Source: an uncultured Verrucomicrobiae bacterium (GTDB lineage: Bacteria; Chlamydiota; Chlamydiia; Chlamydiales; Rhabdochlamydiaceae). From it: DNA of 64,000 nucleotides. The notes under the pieces were generated by a model. That model was not told where the DNA came from. It worked only from the letters and a program-made list of their open reading frames with translations, and made no database searches. Below are positions 11,026 through 20,310 of the stretch, one piece after another. Numbering within the stretch: the first letter of the stretch is position 1; every line of letters begins with the position of its first letter. The DNA is taken from positions 1,920,001 to 1,984,000 of the forward strand of contig OY970364.1 in the NCBI GenBank assembly GCA_963718565.1, in the 5' to 3' direction. The position numbers and the translations under genes were made by a program.

Positions 11026-12040
11026 TGCTTGTTTGATCGAGCAACCTCTTGAGCTATTTTATTTTACAGGGTTAAAATTATCTGCGGGACGGCTGCTTGT
11101 CCATTCCACAGATGCGCTCCTTCTTGTGGATGGGAGGTATTTGCAAGCGGCTGAAGAAAAATCCCTCTACACAACATCACTAGATAGTCCAGAAACATTT
11201 CTGTTTTTCTGCAAGTCTCATCGGATTCAAAGTTTAGGTTTTGATGGCGGGCATACCTCCTACGACCATTTTTTACGCTTGCAACATTGGCAGAAAAAAG
11301 AGGGCACAAAGATCAAATTCGTCCCTTCGACATCTTTTTTTAAACATGCCCGAGCAGTCAAGGATAAAGATGAGATCCGAAAATTGCAAAAAAGCGCAGC
11401 CCTTCTCTGGAAGGGTTTTCAATGTATCTGTGCCTCGCTAAAAAAAGGAATCAAGGAAAGGGAGCTTTCAAAGCAGTTTGAAATCTTCTGCCTGGAGCAC
11501 GGCGCGGATCGACTTTCGTTTGAACCAATCATCGCTTTTGGGCCTAATTCTGCTATGCCCCATTATCGCTCTCAAGAAACTCGGCTTAAAGAAGGAGATG
11601 TTGTTCTCATTGACATCGGCATCTCGGTTGACAACTATCATTCCGACATGACTCGTGTGTTATTTTATAAAAAAGAAAATTCCTATCTTCGGCGCCTCTA
11701 TGAAATTGCAAAGCGCGCCCAACAGAGTGCACTGAAGCTGTGTCGCCCTGGAGTTAAAATCAAACAGCTCGACATGGCTGCTCGCCAAGTGATGAGCGAA
11801 GAGAATGTCGAAGATTTATTTGTCCATAGCCTTGGCCACGGCATCGGCCTTGAGGTCCATGAGTTTCCTCGGATCAGATTTGACGGCGAGGACAAAGATG
11901 TGGTCTTGGAAAGCGGCATGGTTTTCACCATCGAACCTGGACTATACGTCCCTGGCATCGGAGGAGTGCGTTACGAAGACACGATTCTTATCACCCCCAC
12001 CGGCCACAAAAACTTTTACCCTCAGGGCACATGCAATTAA
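10883..12040 (+). CDS. pepP: Xaa-Pro aminopeptidase (M24); true start probably ~10925
   Basis: YHSDMTR, HSLGHGIGLEVHE, FTIEPGLY, GVRYED; follows mutL as in chlamydiae. Confidence 0.92.
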   Translation: MIHSIVRRGERYYFMSGRRSLKAISREKQHHRVRLKHLQNALKEEKLDACLIEQPLELFYFTGLKLSAGRLLVHSTDALLLVDGRYLQAAEEKSLYTTSLDSPETFLFFCKSHRIQSLGFDGGHTSYDHFLRLQHWQKKEGTKIKFVPSTSFFKHARAVKDKDEIRKLQKSAALLWKGFQCICASLKKGIKERELSKQFEIFCLEHGADRLSFEPIIAFGPNSAMPHYRSQETRLKEGDVVLIDIGISVDNYHSDMTRVLFYKKENSYLRRLYEIAKRAQQSALKLCRPGVKIKQLDMAARQVMSEENVEDLFVHSLGHGIGLEVHEFPRIRFDGEDKDVVLESGMVFTIEPGLYVPGIGGVRYEDTILITPTGHKNFYPQGTCN

Positions 12041-12171
12041 GTACGTCCTCAAAAACCTATGGCAAGCACTGAATGTCATTTGGATCCATGCCAGGCTTTG
12101 CATTTATCGATCTCAATTAGGCATGGATCCAAATGACATTCAGTGCTTGCCACAGGTCTCCGAGGAAGTAT
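12041..12171. mobile_element. Palindromic MITE-like repeat, family A (full copy)
   Basis: Arms ggcaagcactgaatgtcatttggatccatgcc / ggcatggatccaaatgacattcagtgcttgcc; other copies at 23205 and 49274. Confidence 0.85.
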
Positions 12172-12230
12172 GAATTGAGCGGCTTGTAAAGTCAGAACAA
12201 AACGCCCAGACCCATTAATAAAACTTTCGC

Positions 12231-12259
12231 TTGATAACAGAGCGCCCTATATTTAGACT
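12231..12259 (+). promoter_or_regulatory. Sigma70/sigma66-type promoter of cyclase-kinase operon
   Basis: TTGATA-N17-TAGACT about 60 bp upstream of ATG 12318; cagagc/gctctg inverted repeat overlaps it. Confidence 0.6.
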
Positions 12260-12317
12260 GCTCTGGCATGAACTCAAACAGAGGAAAAAGGTACTTTCTG
12301 ACTAGTGGGCTTATTTT

Positions 12318-14798
12318 ATGAGTTTGCGCTATCGCTTGTTTTTAGTGGTGAGTGGGATCTTTATCTTCGTCGCTGTATGTTCGGCGATTATAGAAAACTA
12401 TGTCACCCATCACGAATTAGCAAAGGCACAGAAAGTTGTCCGGGAAAGAATTCTTGACTTGAGCGAGAAGCAGCGCGTTGATTTGCAAAGCTACTTTGCC
12501 GCATCGATTGCTGAAAATGAAGTCAGGATTGGTGCGATTCTCAACAACATTTCCACTTTCTCCCCGCAGATCATGCGTTTTGGCCCCACGGCAAATAATA
12601 TCCACAAAGGAACATGGGGAGATGCGGCAGATCTTCTTCTCGAATATAAATGGATCGATTTTCTGCAAAATACCAATGAAGGGCAATCGACTGCGACCAT
12701 CGTCCCACAACCCTCATTAATGGGCTCAACGTATCGGATCGATATCGATAAAGATCTCTGTTGGATTTACACCGGAGATCTCCAGGAGCATCCGAGCCCA
12801 TACATTGGCATTCGAGTGCCCTATTCGCTTTCGGCACACTCTGTTCATGCTATGGATGGCGGTGAGATTATCGAACAGGGTCACAGTGGTGTGCCTTCAG
12901 CGTTTTTGTTATTTGAAGTCGCGGATATGTTGTCGATGCCACTCGATAACGCACCTATTTTCCAAACGATAGAAAAGGCTTGGCCGCCTATTCCTGTGAA
13001 CTGGGCGGAAGGATATGTTTTAGAAGTCGATCCTTTTGTGAAGGCTTTTCAGAAAGCGAGACAATTATTGCAAAGTCACACAATAAGGCCGCCCAAATAT
13101 AGCCCACAAGAGATCTTAGAAAAAATGGATGGAATTGCAGAGGCTCAAGGGGGACTGCTCAACGCAATTCCTGGAGAGCCTTTATTCTCTTCAGTTTCTT
13201 CAGAAAAAATCATGAAGGAAAAGTTCGAACAGATCGCCTTGCGCTATACGCAAATTAATATGATCTGGGGCATGATTGCTCTCTATAATACGGGGATATT
13301 CGGAAATCAACTATTCGCTTATCCAGCGCCTAATGGTTCGGCTCTTTTTTCTTTAGATAACAGTGTTGGCTTTGGAGTAAAAACTAAAGAAGTGATGTTT
13401 TCGGCACAGCTGTTCGATGATTGCCACTATTTCTCCAAAAACTTGCCCAAGTCACCAAACTCTGAGATCGCCTCTTCGATCGCGATTATTCCCTCTCCTA
13501 TTTCTGACCATGTGTTCTTAGGGAACACAGCAAAATTTGCCGTCAAAACAGCTGATAAAGAAAGAACGGGGTTTTTGACGATCGGAAGCGATGCAGACAT
13601 CCTTCTACAAAGACTCGTCATAGCAATCCATGAGGCCGCCGTGCTCTATTTTGGAACACCACTCAGCGCTTATGATAGCAATGGGAAGAAAATCGCTGCT
13701 TCTAAAGAATTGCCCCTTCCTTTTTCCCAGATGATCCAGAATAAATCGGGGATCGTTTCTTGGAATGGGGAAAATTATTTTTTTTTAAATATCAAGCCTT
13801 TTCCAGAGATGGATTTGCACGTTTTTTTTCTCAATCCCGAAGAAAAAGAATTTGCTCTTTTGCATGACCTCGAGACGGGAGGTCAAAAAGTTGCAAGATC
13901 CATTCTTGTGAACATTCACATCGCAGGACTTGTCGGCTTGGTTCTAGCAGTTTTGCTGCTGCATCATACTTCTAGAAGAATCACTAGGCCGATTGCGCAG
14001 TTAGCTAAGGCAACCGATGATGTCGTTGAGGGACGCTTAGATCAAGTGAAGCTGACATTGCCGCCCTTAAAACATCACGATGAGATCGCTGTTCTTTGCC
14101 ATTCTTTTGAAGAAATGGTGAAGGGCTTGCAGGAAAAAGAGAAAGTCAAAGGCGTACTCAACAAAGTTGTCTCGCGCGAAATTGCCCAAGAGATTTTAAA
14201 AGGAACAGTTCATTTAGGGGGAGAGGAAAAAATTGTCACCGTCCTATTCGCAGATATTCGCGACTTTACTCAGCTGACTCAAGACATGAAACCAAAAGAT
14301 GTCATCGACTTGCTGAATACCTGCATGACGAAAGTTTCCCAAATTGTCGATAAAAATGGCGGGGTGATCGACAAGTATGTCGGCGATGAAGTGATGGCAT
14401 TATTTGGCGCTCCCATCGCTTGCAATGATGCTGCCTTGAAGGCGATCCGAAGCGCAATCGAGATGGTCGATTCCTTAAAACAATGGAATCGTGAGCGAGC
14501 CTCTCAAGGCCAGCCCGCAATCGATATTGGAGTGGGAATACATACAGGGACAATGCTGGCAGGAAACATGGGCGCAGAAAATCGTCTCAATTATACGGTG
14601 ATCGGTTCCAACGTCAATTTGGCCGCGCGCCTGTGCAGTGCTGCAAAAAGGATGGAAATACTGATCTCAAAAGATACACTGAATGAACCCTTTGTAAAAG
14701 ACTCGATCCAGTATGATGAAATTTCATTGAATGCGTTTAAAGGATTCGACAAACCCATTACAGTTTTTCGAATTTTGAAATACACTCTTAGAGATTAA
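12318..14798 (+). CDS. Membrane-bound class III adenylate cyclase (2 TM, periplasmic sensor, HAMP)
   Basis: VLFADIRDFT, IDKYVGDEVMA, YTVIGSNVNLAARL; HAMP ITRPIAQLAKAT...DEIAVL. Confidence 0.93.
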   Translation: MSLRYRLFLVVSGIFIFVAVCSAIIENYVTHHELAKAQKVVRERILDLSEKQRVDLQSYFAASIAENEVRIGAILNNISTFSPQIMRFGPTANNIHKGTWGDAADLLLEYKWIDFLQNTNEGQSTATIVPQPSLMGSTYRIDIDKDLCWIYTGDLQEHPSPYIGIRVPYSLSAHSVHAMDGGEIIEQGHSGVPSAFLLFEVADMLSMPLDNAPIFQTIEKAWPPIPVNWAEGYVLEVDPFVKAFQKARQLLQSHTIRPPKYSPQEILEKMDGIAEAQGGLLNAIPGEPLFSSVSSEKIMKEKFEQIALRYTQINMIWGMIALYNTGIFGNQLFAYPAPNGSALFSLDNSVGFGVKTKEVMFSAQLFDDCHYFSKNLPKSPNSEIASSIAIIPSPISDHVFLGNTAKFAVKTADKERTGFLTIGSDADILLQRLVIAIHEAAVLYFGTPLSAYDSNGKKIAASKELPLPFSQMIQNKSGIVSWNGENYFFLNIKPFPEMDLHVFFLNPEEKEFALLHDLETGGQKVARSILVNIHIAGLVGLVLAVLLLHHTSRRITRPIAQLAKATDDVVEGRLDQVKLTLPPLKHHDEIAVLCHSFEEMVKGLQEKEKVKGVLNKVVSREIAQEILKGTVHLGGEEKIVTVLFADIRDFTQLTQDMKPKDVIDLLNTCMTKVSQIVDKNGGVIDKYVGDEVMALFGAPIACNDAALKAIRSAIEMVDSLKQWNRERASQGQPAIDIGVGIHTGTMLAGNMGAENRLNYTVIGSNVNLAARLCSAAKRMEILISKDTLNEPFVKDSIQYDEISLNAFKGFDKPITVFRILKYTLRD

Positions 14799-14799
14799 A

Positions 14800-16593
14800 A
14801 TGAGAAAAGGTCTTAATTTCAGACAAAAAATCATCTTAAGCCATATTCTCCTTTTTCTTGTATTTGCTCTTTTCGCATTTCCGTTCATTGAAAAGACCGC
14901 AAGCAGAATTGTCTTTAACAATGTAGAACTCAACAGCCTTGCCCTTCTTCATAGAATTGAAAAAGCAAAAGATGTGCAGCAAATGATCAACCTGCTGAAA
15001 CAATCAGAAGGATATTTCTTTTTGCGTGTTTCCTTATACGATGAGCAAGGAGAGCTGTTATATGATTCGGCAAGAGACACGCTCGGCAAGGAACAAGAGG
15101 GCATGAATGTTCCTTTACCGCAATCGGAGGTCACTGAAGTTATCCGAAAAAAAATTGTTTCTTCCACAGAGGAGTCTGTCATTTTTCGAGAAAAGCTTGC
15201 TTATGTGAAGATCGCCTTTGAATTGAGCGGGAAGACTTATATCTTAAGAACAGCAATTCCATTTTCTCACGTTGAAGAATTCACAGAAGAATTTAAGGTT
15301 TGGTTTTTCTCTTTCTGTGCATTAGCGCTTCTTTTTTTCGGGTCAGTGACTTGGCTCATTTTTCATCGAATTAATTATCCCATCCGCCAGATTGTCAAAG
15401 CGATAAAGCCGTATCAAAGCGGACAGGAAGAAGTAATCCCCCATCTTGAGCTCAGTAAATCGATTGATGAGGAAGACGATTTTTATAAGTTGGCGCAGAC
15501 GCTGAATTCTCTTTCGGATCGCCTCCGACTGCAAATTAGAAATATCACCGATGAACGGAACGAGAAAGAAGCAATTCTCGAATCTTTGGGAGAAGGGGTT
15601 GTTGCCGTCGACGCAGAGATGAATATGCGGTACATTAATTTCATTGGCACTAAAATGATCGGCGTTCCCCGACGTCAGCTTTTAGGCAGGCCGTTTCCAG
15701 AAGTCCAAGATACACTCTACTCACAGCTTTTAGATAAATGCCGGTTTTTATTGGAATCGTGTCAAGAAAAGCGCAGTGTCCTGACAGATTCGATTTTCTT
15801 GGGCGATGGAAAGAAAGTTTATCTCGATCTGATCGCAGCTCCTAAGGCGCAACGCAACGGCGCCATCTTGGTTCTGCAAGACAAGTCGAGCCATTATAAA
15901 GTGCTCGAAATGGGCAAAGATTTTGTCGCCAATGCTTCGCATGAATTACGCACGCCAATCACCATTATCAAGGGGTTTGCTGAAACACTGCAGGATCTGC
16001 CTGAATTACCGCGCGATATGGTCGTTGATATCACAGAGAAAATTGTCCGCAATTGTCAAAGGATGGACACTTTAGTTAAAAACTTGTTGACGTTAGCGGA
16101 CTTGGAAAATCTTCCTGATTCTCGTTTTCAAGAATGTGATCTCGTCGTGCTTGCTGAAACTTGCAGGCAAGTCGTCCTCGCTGTCTATGAGACAGCGCAG
16201 ATTAACATTGAAAAAAACAGTGAATCGATCACTGTGGCCGCAGATCCTGACATTTTAGAACTTGCGATCATCAATCTTTTGGACAATGCTGCAAAATACT
16301 CAAATCCTCCTGCAAAAATCAGCATCAAAATCGAACAAGAGGGCGACGAAGCGTGTATTTTCATCTCCGACGAAGGGATCGGGATTCCTCCCGCTGATCT
16401 TGAACATATCTTTGAGCGTTTTTATACGGTGGACAAAGCCCGTTCCCGTCGGTTAGGTGGAGCAGGACTCGGACTATCGATTGTCAGGACGATTGTCGAA
16501 AAACATCACGGGACAATTTCCGTGACATCGGTAGCCGGAGCTGGAACGACGTTTTCACTCCGTTTGCCAATCCATCGACAATTTGAAGAATAG
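14800..16593 (+). CDS. PhoR-like sensor histidine kinase (HAMP-PAS-HisKA-HATPase)
   Basis: FVANASHELRTPIT, NLLDNAAKY, DEGIGI, GAGLGLSIV. Confidence 0.93.
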   Translation: MRKGLNFRQKIILSHILLFLVFALFAFPFIEKTASRIVFNNVELNSLALLHRIEKAKDVQQMINLLKQSEGYFFLRVSLYDEQGELLYDSARDTLGKEQEGMNVPLPQSEVTEVIRKKIVSSTEESVIFREKLAYVKIAFELSGKTYILRTAIPFSHVEEFTEEFKVWFFSFCALALLFFGSVTWLIFHRINYPIRQIVKAIKPYQSGQEEVIPHLELSKSIDEEDDFYKLAQTLNSLSDRLRLQIRNITDERNEKEAILESLGEGVVAVDAEMNMRYINFIGTKMIGVPRRQLLGRPFPEVQDTLYSQLLDKCRFLLESCQEKRSVLTDSIFLGDGKKVYLDLIAAPKAQRNGAILVLQDKSSHYKVLEMGKDFVANASHELRTPITIIKGFAETLQDLPELPRDMVVDITEKIVRNCQRMDTLVKNLLTLADLENLPDSRFQECDLVVLAETCRQVVLAVYETAQINIEKNSESITVAADPDILELAIINLLDNAAKYSNPPAKISIKIEQEGDEACIFISDEGIGIPPADLEHIFERFYTVDKARSRRLGGAGLGLSIVRTIVEKHHGTISVTSVAGAGTTFSLRLPIHRQFEE

Positions 16594-16612
16594 ACCTCTT
16601 GCAATTCCCTCC

Positions 16613-17503
16613 CTAGACTGGCTTTTTAATGGATAGTCCTGTGTTACGGTCGATCCCTCCAATTTCGTTCCTTGCCTTCATCTCTTTAGAATAATCAAGA
16701 TAGGACTCAAGAGATGTATGCTTCGCAGACAAGGAAGGGTTTTTCATCAACAATGGCTGTAAATCTTCTTTAGTAAAATAATAGTATTGATTTGATTCCT
16801 CCCATTTTTTGCGCTCCTCTGCGAGGATATGTTCAGCGATCTCCTGATTGAAAAGAGCTTCTAAAAGCACAGGGGCGGCAAAACTGAAAAAAATTGCTGC
16901 TGGTTCTTTCTTCAAAGCGACAAAATCTCCTAAGGGTGGAATTCCCTCTTTTTTGCTGTGCTGATTTGTTCCCTTAATCAGTTTGTAATAAAGGCTGTGG
17001 AGGGCAGGGTCATCTGGGCAAAGTTCTACCAGATCTTTAGCCTCAGGCGTCTTTCTGGCTTTAGCAAGGATGGCTTCTAACAGCGAGTATTCAATGTTTT
17101 TTGAATAGTGCTCTGCATCAAACAAGGGTTTTTTATAAAGCAAACGCAGCGTTTCAGCCAACAGCTCAAACAGAGGGTGAAGCTTAAATTCTCCTTCGTA
17201 TTTGATCAGTGCCCCCATGTTGAATTTAGAACTTTCAAAAGGAGGGAAGAAGCTGCGCCTAGAAAGGTAAGTGGATGTTTTTGTTGTCGTTTTTTTTTCG
17301 CTGCTTTCTTTTTTGTTGATCGATTCGGTTTTGATTTTTCGATAGCTTTTGCGAACAATTGTGTTATTGATTTGCGTTTCAGTTCGATAAAAGCTGTTAA
17401 ATACTGTTTCCAAGAGGGAAAAACTTTTGACCTCTTTTAGAAAAGTGAAAGTCAGGCATGCGAAGATGATCATAAATGTGAAAATGAGTGGTAGAATATT
17501 CAT
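16613..17503 (-). CDS. Hypothetical membrane-anchored protein, possibly GspK-like minor pseudopilin
   Basis: N-terminal hydrophobic helix; overlaps the stop of the upstream prepilin-like gene. Confidence 0.55.
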   Translation of the reverse strand: MNILPLIFTFMIIFACLTFTFLKEVKSFSLLETVFNSFYRTETQINNTIVRKSYRKIKTESINKKESSEKKTTTKTSTYLSRRSFFPPFESSKFNMGALIKYEGEFKLHPLFELLAETLRLLYKKPLFDAEHYSKNIEYSLLEAILAKARKTPEAKDLVELCPDDPALHSLYYKLIKGTNQHSKKEGIPPLGDFVALKKEPAAIFFSFAAPVLLEALFNQEIAEHILAEERKKWEESNQYYYFTKEDLQPLLMKNPSLSAKHTSLESYLDYSKEMKARNEIGGIDRNTGLSIKKPV

Positions 17504-18114
17504 GGCGACGCAGCATAAGTAATTTTTTGATCCGATTTCGGAAGAAAAAATATAAAAGGCATTTCTTTACCTTCCCATTTAAGATCGATAGCGATCATCA
17601 CAGGATCCTCTTCGTTTTTTGCCGACCAGGTTTCTGCCCATTCCGCTGTTTTTGGATCAAAGAGACGGCATTTAAACAGATCAATTTTATCGAGTAGCAC
17701 CTCGCTTCTTGCTTTTCCCTTTTCCGACCAACTGGTCATACATAGCTCTTTGTTTTTATTGAGAAAAATCATGCCTTCAAGGGTTCCACACATATCGAAC
17801 TCGGGGTCGATGCGCTGTTGATACGAGAAAATTAAAGCCAGGCCATACGCATCCGGATGCTTTTTTAAGGATAGGCCGGCTTCTCCATCTAAATGTGAAA
17901 AAAGATTCTTAAGCCGTTGTTGAAACAATTCCAGGTGAAGGATTTTTTGCTTTAATTCTTTCGCTGTAATATTTTTTTTTAGTCCTTGATAAAAGCAGTT
18001 AAACAGCCCTGTCAGCAACAAACCAAGAAGTGCGATGGCGATGACCACCTCAAGAAGGGTTAAGGAACGTTTCTTTTTCACAAATGGCCTATCTGGAAAT
18101 TCGCAAAAAAGCAT
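17500..18114 (-). CDS. Prepilin-type (type II secretion pseudopilin-like) protein
   Basis: KKKRS-LTLLEVVIAIALLGLLL type III signal with E5; start 18114 or 18081, since the ORF upstream overlaps the OPT gene. Confidence 0.7.
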   Translation of the reverse strand: MLFCEFPDRPFVKKKRSLTLLEVVIAIALLGLLLTGLFNCFYQGLKKNITAKELKQKILHLELFQQRLKNLFSHLDGEAGLSLKKHPDAYGLALIFSYQQRIDPEFDMCGTLEGMIFLNKNKELCMTSWSEKGKARSEVLLDKIDLFKCRLFDPKTAEWAETWSAKNEEDPVMIAIDLKWEGKEMPFIFFLPKSDQKITYAASP

Positions 18115-18149
18115 GGAGGAATTGCCTTTTTTTTCCAAGCGATTCAGAG

Positions 18150-20009
18150 CTATTTGCGGAAATGGGTGGGAGGTTTTAAGGCAAACCAGCCTAGAGCGAC
18201 AGCTAAGAGGGCGTAAATCACGAGACTTACCCCATCGGGCAGCAGAGCGTTTGTTGCATTTGGGACCAGTCCGCCAACCATAAGCAGCGCAATGATGACC
18301 CCAGTACAAGCATCTCCAGCGACAAATCCTGATGCTGCTAGGATGCCGCGATCTGTAGCGCTTGTTGTCCTTTCATGCTTTTTAACAAAAGCGGATACAA
18401 TGCCTCCGACCATCATTCCTGTGGACAAGGAAAGAGGGAGGTAAAGCCCAATAGCAAAAGGAAGGATAGGTATTTTCAGCACTTCTAATAATAATCCTAT
18501 GACTACGCCTACAATGACAAGTGTTGTGGGGATATCGCCTTGAATGACTCCTTTGGCAATAAGCGCCATCATTGTCCCTTGAGGCGCTGGCATTTGAGCA
18601 GAACCAAAACCATAGGCTTGATTGAGCAAATATAAGGTCCCTCCGATTGCAAGCGCTGGGAAAATGACGCCAATGATTTCGCCGATTTGCTGCAATCTTG
18701 GAGTAGCCCCAAGAAGATAACCCGTTTTCAAATCCTGAGATGTTGTGCATGCTAGCGCAATAGCAACGTTGGCAACAACACTCATCGTCAAGGCTGCGAT
18801 AAGATAGATTCTTTCCGTCCAACCCAACATGACGAACACAAGACAGGTAACGAGCAAAATTGTAATCGTCATCCCAGAAACTGGATTAGAGGTGCTGCCA
18901 ACTATTCCCACAGTGAAAGATGTGACAGCGGCAAAGAAAAATCCGAGAAGGACAAGCAGTACGATTGTTAGGAAGTTCATGGGAAGGCCTGGAAACAGCC
19001 AAAGGGCCAAAATAATGGCTACCACGCCCAAAAGAAGCCATCGCAACGAAATGTCACGGTCTGTACGCATCGGGTTTTGCTTGAGATTAAGGCCTTGAAA
19101 TAATTCGTCAAAACCTACTTTGAGAGTCTTTCCAATCAGTGGAGCAATTTTAAATAAGCTCAATAGACCGCCGACTGCAATGGCGCCGGCACCAATATAA
19201 CGAACATAATCGGACCAAATATCCTCGGATGACATTTGTACGATGGAGGTATTCGCAGGGAAAATAGCGACGTCGCCGGTTCCGAACATCCGAATCAGTG
19301 GAATCAGAATCCACCATCCCAGAGCACCGCCAGCAAATAATAACGCTGCAATACGCGGACCCACAATAAACCCCACGCCCAATAGCGCAGGGGTACAGTC
19401 CATGCTAAAAATAGTTTTTTGGAATTTCGCGATTGTCCAAGAAGGAGCCTCTTTGAATAAGTAAAAAGCGCTGGAACAAATTTTATGAGCAGATCCAACA
19501 ATAATTCCAAGAAAGGCCATCAAAGCTTTGGAGCGCGAAGCCTCTCCTGATTTTAGAATTTCCGCACAGGCTGTTCCTTCGGGGAATGGGAGTTTCCCAT
19601 GTTCTTGAACAATGATATATCGACGCATGGGGATCATAAATAGAACACCCAAGACCCCCCCAAGTGCTGACAATAAAAACATTCGTGAGGCCGAAGGGGG
19701 TTCCCCCAATAAAAAAAGTGCGGGTACAGTGAAGATGACGCCTGCAGCTAAGGCTTCACCCACAGAGGCGATCGTTTGAACGAGATTATTTTCGAGGATG
19801 GAAACGCGTTTAAAAAATGTCCGTAAAATTGCCATCGAAAGCACTGCTGCAGGAATCGAAGCAGATACCGTCGTCCCTACTTTTAGCCCAAGATAGGCAT
19901 TGCCCACTCCAAAAATGAGACCTAAAATGATTCCTAGGATGATTGCTCGCAAAGTGAATTCGGGTGTTTTGACATCCTTTGCAGATATAAATGGCTGATG
20001 AACAGACAT
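18150..20009 (-). CDS. OPT family oligopeptide transporter
   Basis: NAYLGLKVG, ENNLVQT, LPFPEGTACA, SNPVSG, QDLKTG, APQG. Confidence 0.95.
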   Translation of the reverse strand: MSVHQPFISAKDVKTPEFTLRAIILGIILGLIFGVGNAYLGLKVGTTVSASIPAAVLSMAILRTFFKRVSILENNLVQTIASVGEALAAGVIFTVPALFLLGEPPSASRMFLLSALGGVLGVLFMIPMRRYIIVQEHGKLPFPEGTACAEILKSGEASRSKALMAFLGIIVGSAHKICSSAFYLFKEAPSWTIAKFQKTIFSMDCTPALLGVGFIVGPRIAALLFAGGALGWWILIPLIRMFGTGDVAIFPANTSIVQMSSEDIWSDYVRYIGAGAIAVGGLLSLFKIAPLIGKTLKVGFDELFQGLNLKQNPMRTDRDISLRWLLLGVVAIILALWLFPGLPMNFLTIVLLVLLGFFFAAVTSFTVGIVGSTSNPVSGMTITILLVTCLVFVMLGWTERIYLIAALTMSVVANVAIALACTTSQDLKTGYLLGATPRLQQIGEIIGVIFPALAIGGTLYLLNQAYGFGSAQMPAPQGTMMALIAKGVIQGDIPTTLVIVGVVIGLLLEVLKIPILPFAIGLYLPLSLSTGMMVGGIVSAFVKKHERTTSATDRGILAASGFVAGDACTGVIIALLMVGGLVPNATNALLPDGVSLVIYALLAVALGWFALKPPTHFRK

Positions 20010-20310
20010 AATAGACCTTGTTGTTCTTAGAAACCTCAAAATGCATGAAGTTTATTTTTTAATCTAGCTTAGAGTCTGTCTCGCAGGGCCAAAAGCATAA
20101 AAAACAATTTTAAAAAATATGGCCTGGTTATCTTTAATAAATAACTCAATACTAGAAGATTATGAATACCTGCGGAGAACAGATACTACAATTAGCATAA
20201 AAGATTGCAAATTATAGATAATTTAATCTAATTTTTATTTATAATATAATTGTCTTTAAAAAACAGTAGTTTATAAAACTAATATAAAAATTTAATTATA
20301 GGTTTAAATT

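Noticed and set aside
11805..12173. ORFs reading through MITEs (also 23096-23314, 55952-56224, 46209-46397)
   Set aside because: They overlap real genes in another frame and are translations of repeat DNA.
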